A DNA stretch of 27,825 nucleotides from NCBI GenBank assembly GCA_043805855.1, contig JAZDHP010000012.1:1-27825 (forward strand), written 5' to 3'. The position numbers and the translations under genes are program-made. The notes below the pieces were generated by a model, which ran no database searches, was not told where the DNA came from, and saw only the letters and a program-made list of their open reading frames with translations. Source of the stretch: Candidatus Micrarchaeota archaeon (GTDB lineage: Archaea; Micrarchaeota; Micrarchaeia; Norongarragalinales; UBA8480). Below, in pieces: positions 26,410-27,825 of this stretch. The stretch's first letter is position 1. Each line of letters begins with the position of its first letter.

Positions 26410-27672
26410 GTGACGAAAAACAACCTTGTTGACGCGTACGATGCACGTGCGGAACTAATGGTGCAGCGCATGCTTGAGAACAAAATGGGCGCTGACGACG
26501 CGAATGTTGACAAGCGAAACAAGTATGCGCTTGACTTCAAGTTTACTACTGGCCAAATAAAAGTTGTTTCTGAATTTGACCGCTTTAAAACACTAAAAGG
26601 CGTAAAGCCATGGACTCGCTATTCTTACGTTGTTTGGTGTCGCCAATTTCTAGCTTTTGTGAAGAAACCTTTTGAAAAAGTTACGGGGCGAGACCTTGAA
26701 GATTATTTTCTTTCACTGCAGGGCAAAAGTCCTGTTACGCAGTTTAGGCACAGAACTTACGCTAAGTTTTTCTTTACTTGGTTCTATGAAACTTACCTTC
26801 AACAGCCTTTGCCCGACTGGGTGAGAAAAATTCCGCGCAATAAGCCAAATACAAAACGTTCGCCACAGGAACTACTGACAAAAGAAGAACTTGAGAAGCT
26901 CTATGCAGTTGCAAGGCATCCCATGCATCAAACTATGATTCGTTTACTTGCTGAATCTGGCTTGCGCCGTAAAGAGCTAATTAGCTTGCGCATCGGCGAT
27001 GTTAGTTTTGAGGGTCCGCTAACTACTATTTGGGCTAATGGTAAAACGGGGGAAGGGGCTGTTTTTCTTTACGATGCAACGCCGTACTTAATGAGCTGGC
27101 TTAGGGTGCATCCTGCTCGGAACGACAAAGAGGCGCCAGTATTCTACGTTATTGATAAAGTAACGAAAAAACCAAAGCCGCTTGGCTTAACAACACCAAA
27201 TAGAATCATCAAAGTGTTGGCTGAACGCGCGGGAATTGAAGATAAGCGAATTTATGGTCATCTCTTTCGGTTTACTGCAGCTACTAACGACGCTGTTTCA
27301 ATGACTGATGCTATGATGCGGTTGAAGTATCGTTGGAGTAGCTATTCGCAAATGCCAGCGCACTACGCTTCGTTGCATAATGGTGCGTTGAAAGAGCAGG
27401 TTATGCGACATCATGGAATACTTAAGCCAGAAGAGCAAAAAGCAAAGCCAATTGAGTGTCCAAGTTGTCATTTTGTGAACTTACCAGGCGAACGTTTCTG
27501 TACTAATTGCTATCGGGGCATTACTTTGGAAGCAGTTCAAGAAGTTGACGACCGCCGGAAAGCTTTGGAGTTAATTCAGGTAATGGCTTACAAGCGAAAG
27601 AAAAGCGTTTCCCTTGATGATGTTGTTGACTTAATTCATGAAATTGAAACGGCCAAACCGCCCAAAAAATAA
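26410..27672 (+). CDS. Tyrosine recombinase/integrase with C-terminal zinc ribbon
   Basis: SGLRRKE (R), GKTG (K), HLFR (HxxR), YRW, HYA (Tyr nucleophile); CPSC..CTNC. Confidence 0.9.
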   Translation: MTKNNLVDAYDARAELMVQRMLENKMGADDANVDKRNKYALDFKFTTGQIKVVSEFDRFKTLKGVKPWTRYSYVVWCRQFLAFVKKPFEKVTGRDLEDYFLSLQGKSPVTQFRHRTYAKFFFTWFYETYLQQPLPDWVRKIPRNKPNTKRSPQELLTKEELEKLYAVARHPMHQTMIRLLAESGLRRKELISLRIGDVSFEGPLTTIWANGKTGEGAVFLYDATPYLMSWLRVHPARNDKEAPVFYVIDKVTKKPKPLGLTTPNRIIKVLAERAGIEDKRIYGHLFRFTAATNDAVSMTDAMMRLKYRWSSYSQMPAHYASLHNGALKEQVMRHHGILKPEEQKAKPIECPSCHFVNLPGERFCTNCYRGITLEAVQEVDDRRKALELIQVMAYKRKKSVSLDDVVDLIHEIETAKPPKK

Positions 27673-27825
27673 ACCTTTGTTTGAGAAAGCACTAGATAAT
27701 AGTTTTAGGGGAGGTACTTGTTTTGATGCATGTGGGCGGCTTAAATATATAGAGCTATCCATTTGATTATGCTCAGTGAAGATTTAGCGAGAAAGTTAGA
27801 TGTCTTTTCTTATTTGTACAATCAG

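Overview
AT-rich archaeal chromosome segment. Archaeal-type TyrRS, ATP-dependent ligase, Pth2, FtsZ, BRE/TATA promoters with leaderless starts, giant Cys-rich membrane proteins and basic orphans suggest a DPANN archaeon (Micrarchaeota/Iainarchaeota-like; inference). Left to right: (1) the 3' part of a large Cys/Gly-rich protein; (2) a ~7 kb defence/TA island with two AAA_14-DUF4143 ATPase-nuclease genes, two type IV-like nucleotidyltransferase TA pairs and vapBC; (3) a 1596-aa membrane-anchored surface protein; (4) two tandem FtsZ2-type genes with a divergent CdrS-like RHH gene; (5) a RelE-like/wHTH pair and orphan genes; (6) a lig-[three orphan paralogs]-pth2 operon; (7) membrane protein, PLD, GNAT and tyrS; (8) a tyrosine integrase with a zinc ribbon. 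Two non-coding signals stand out. First, three copies of the ORF1 3' end/stop motif CTGAGGTTCYCTTT delimit one ATPase gene each like cassettes, and each cassette has paired palindromes 33 bp apart. Second, two dispersed copies (7578-7675, 13573-13655) of a cloverleaf element keep conserved junction sequences while the hairpin arms covary. All calls are by eye from motifs; no searches were run.
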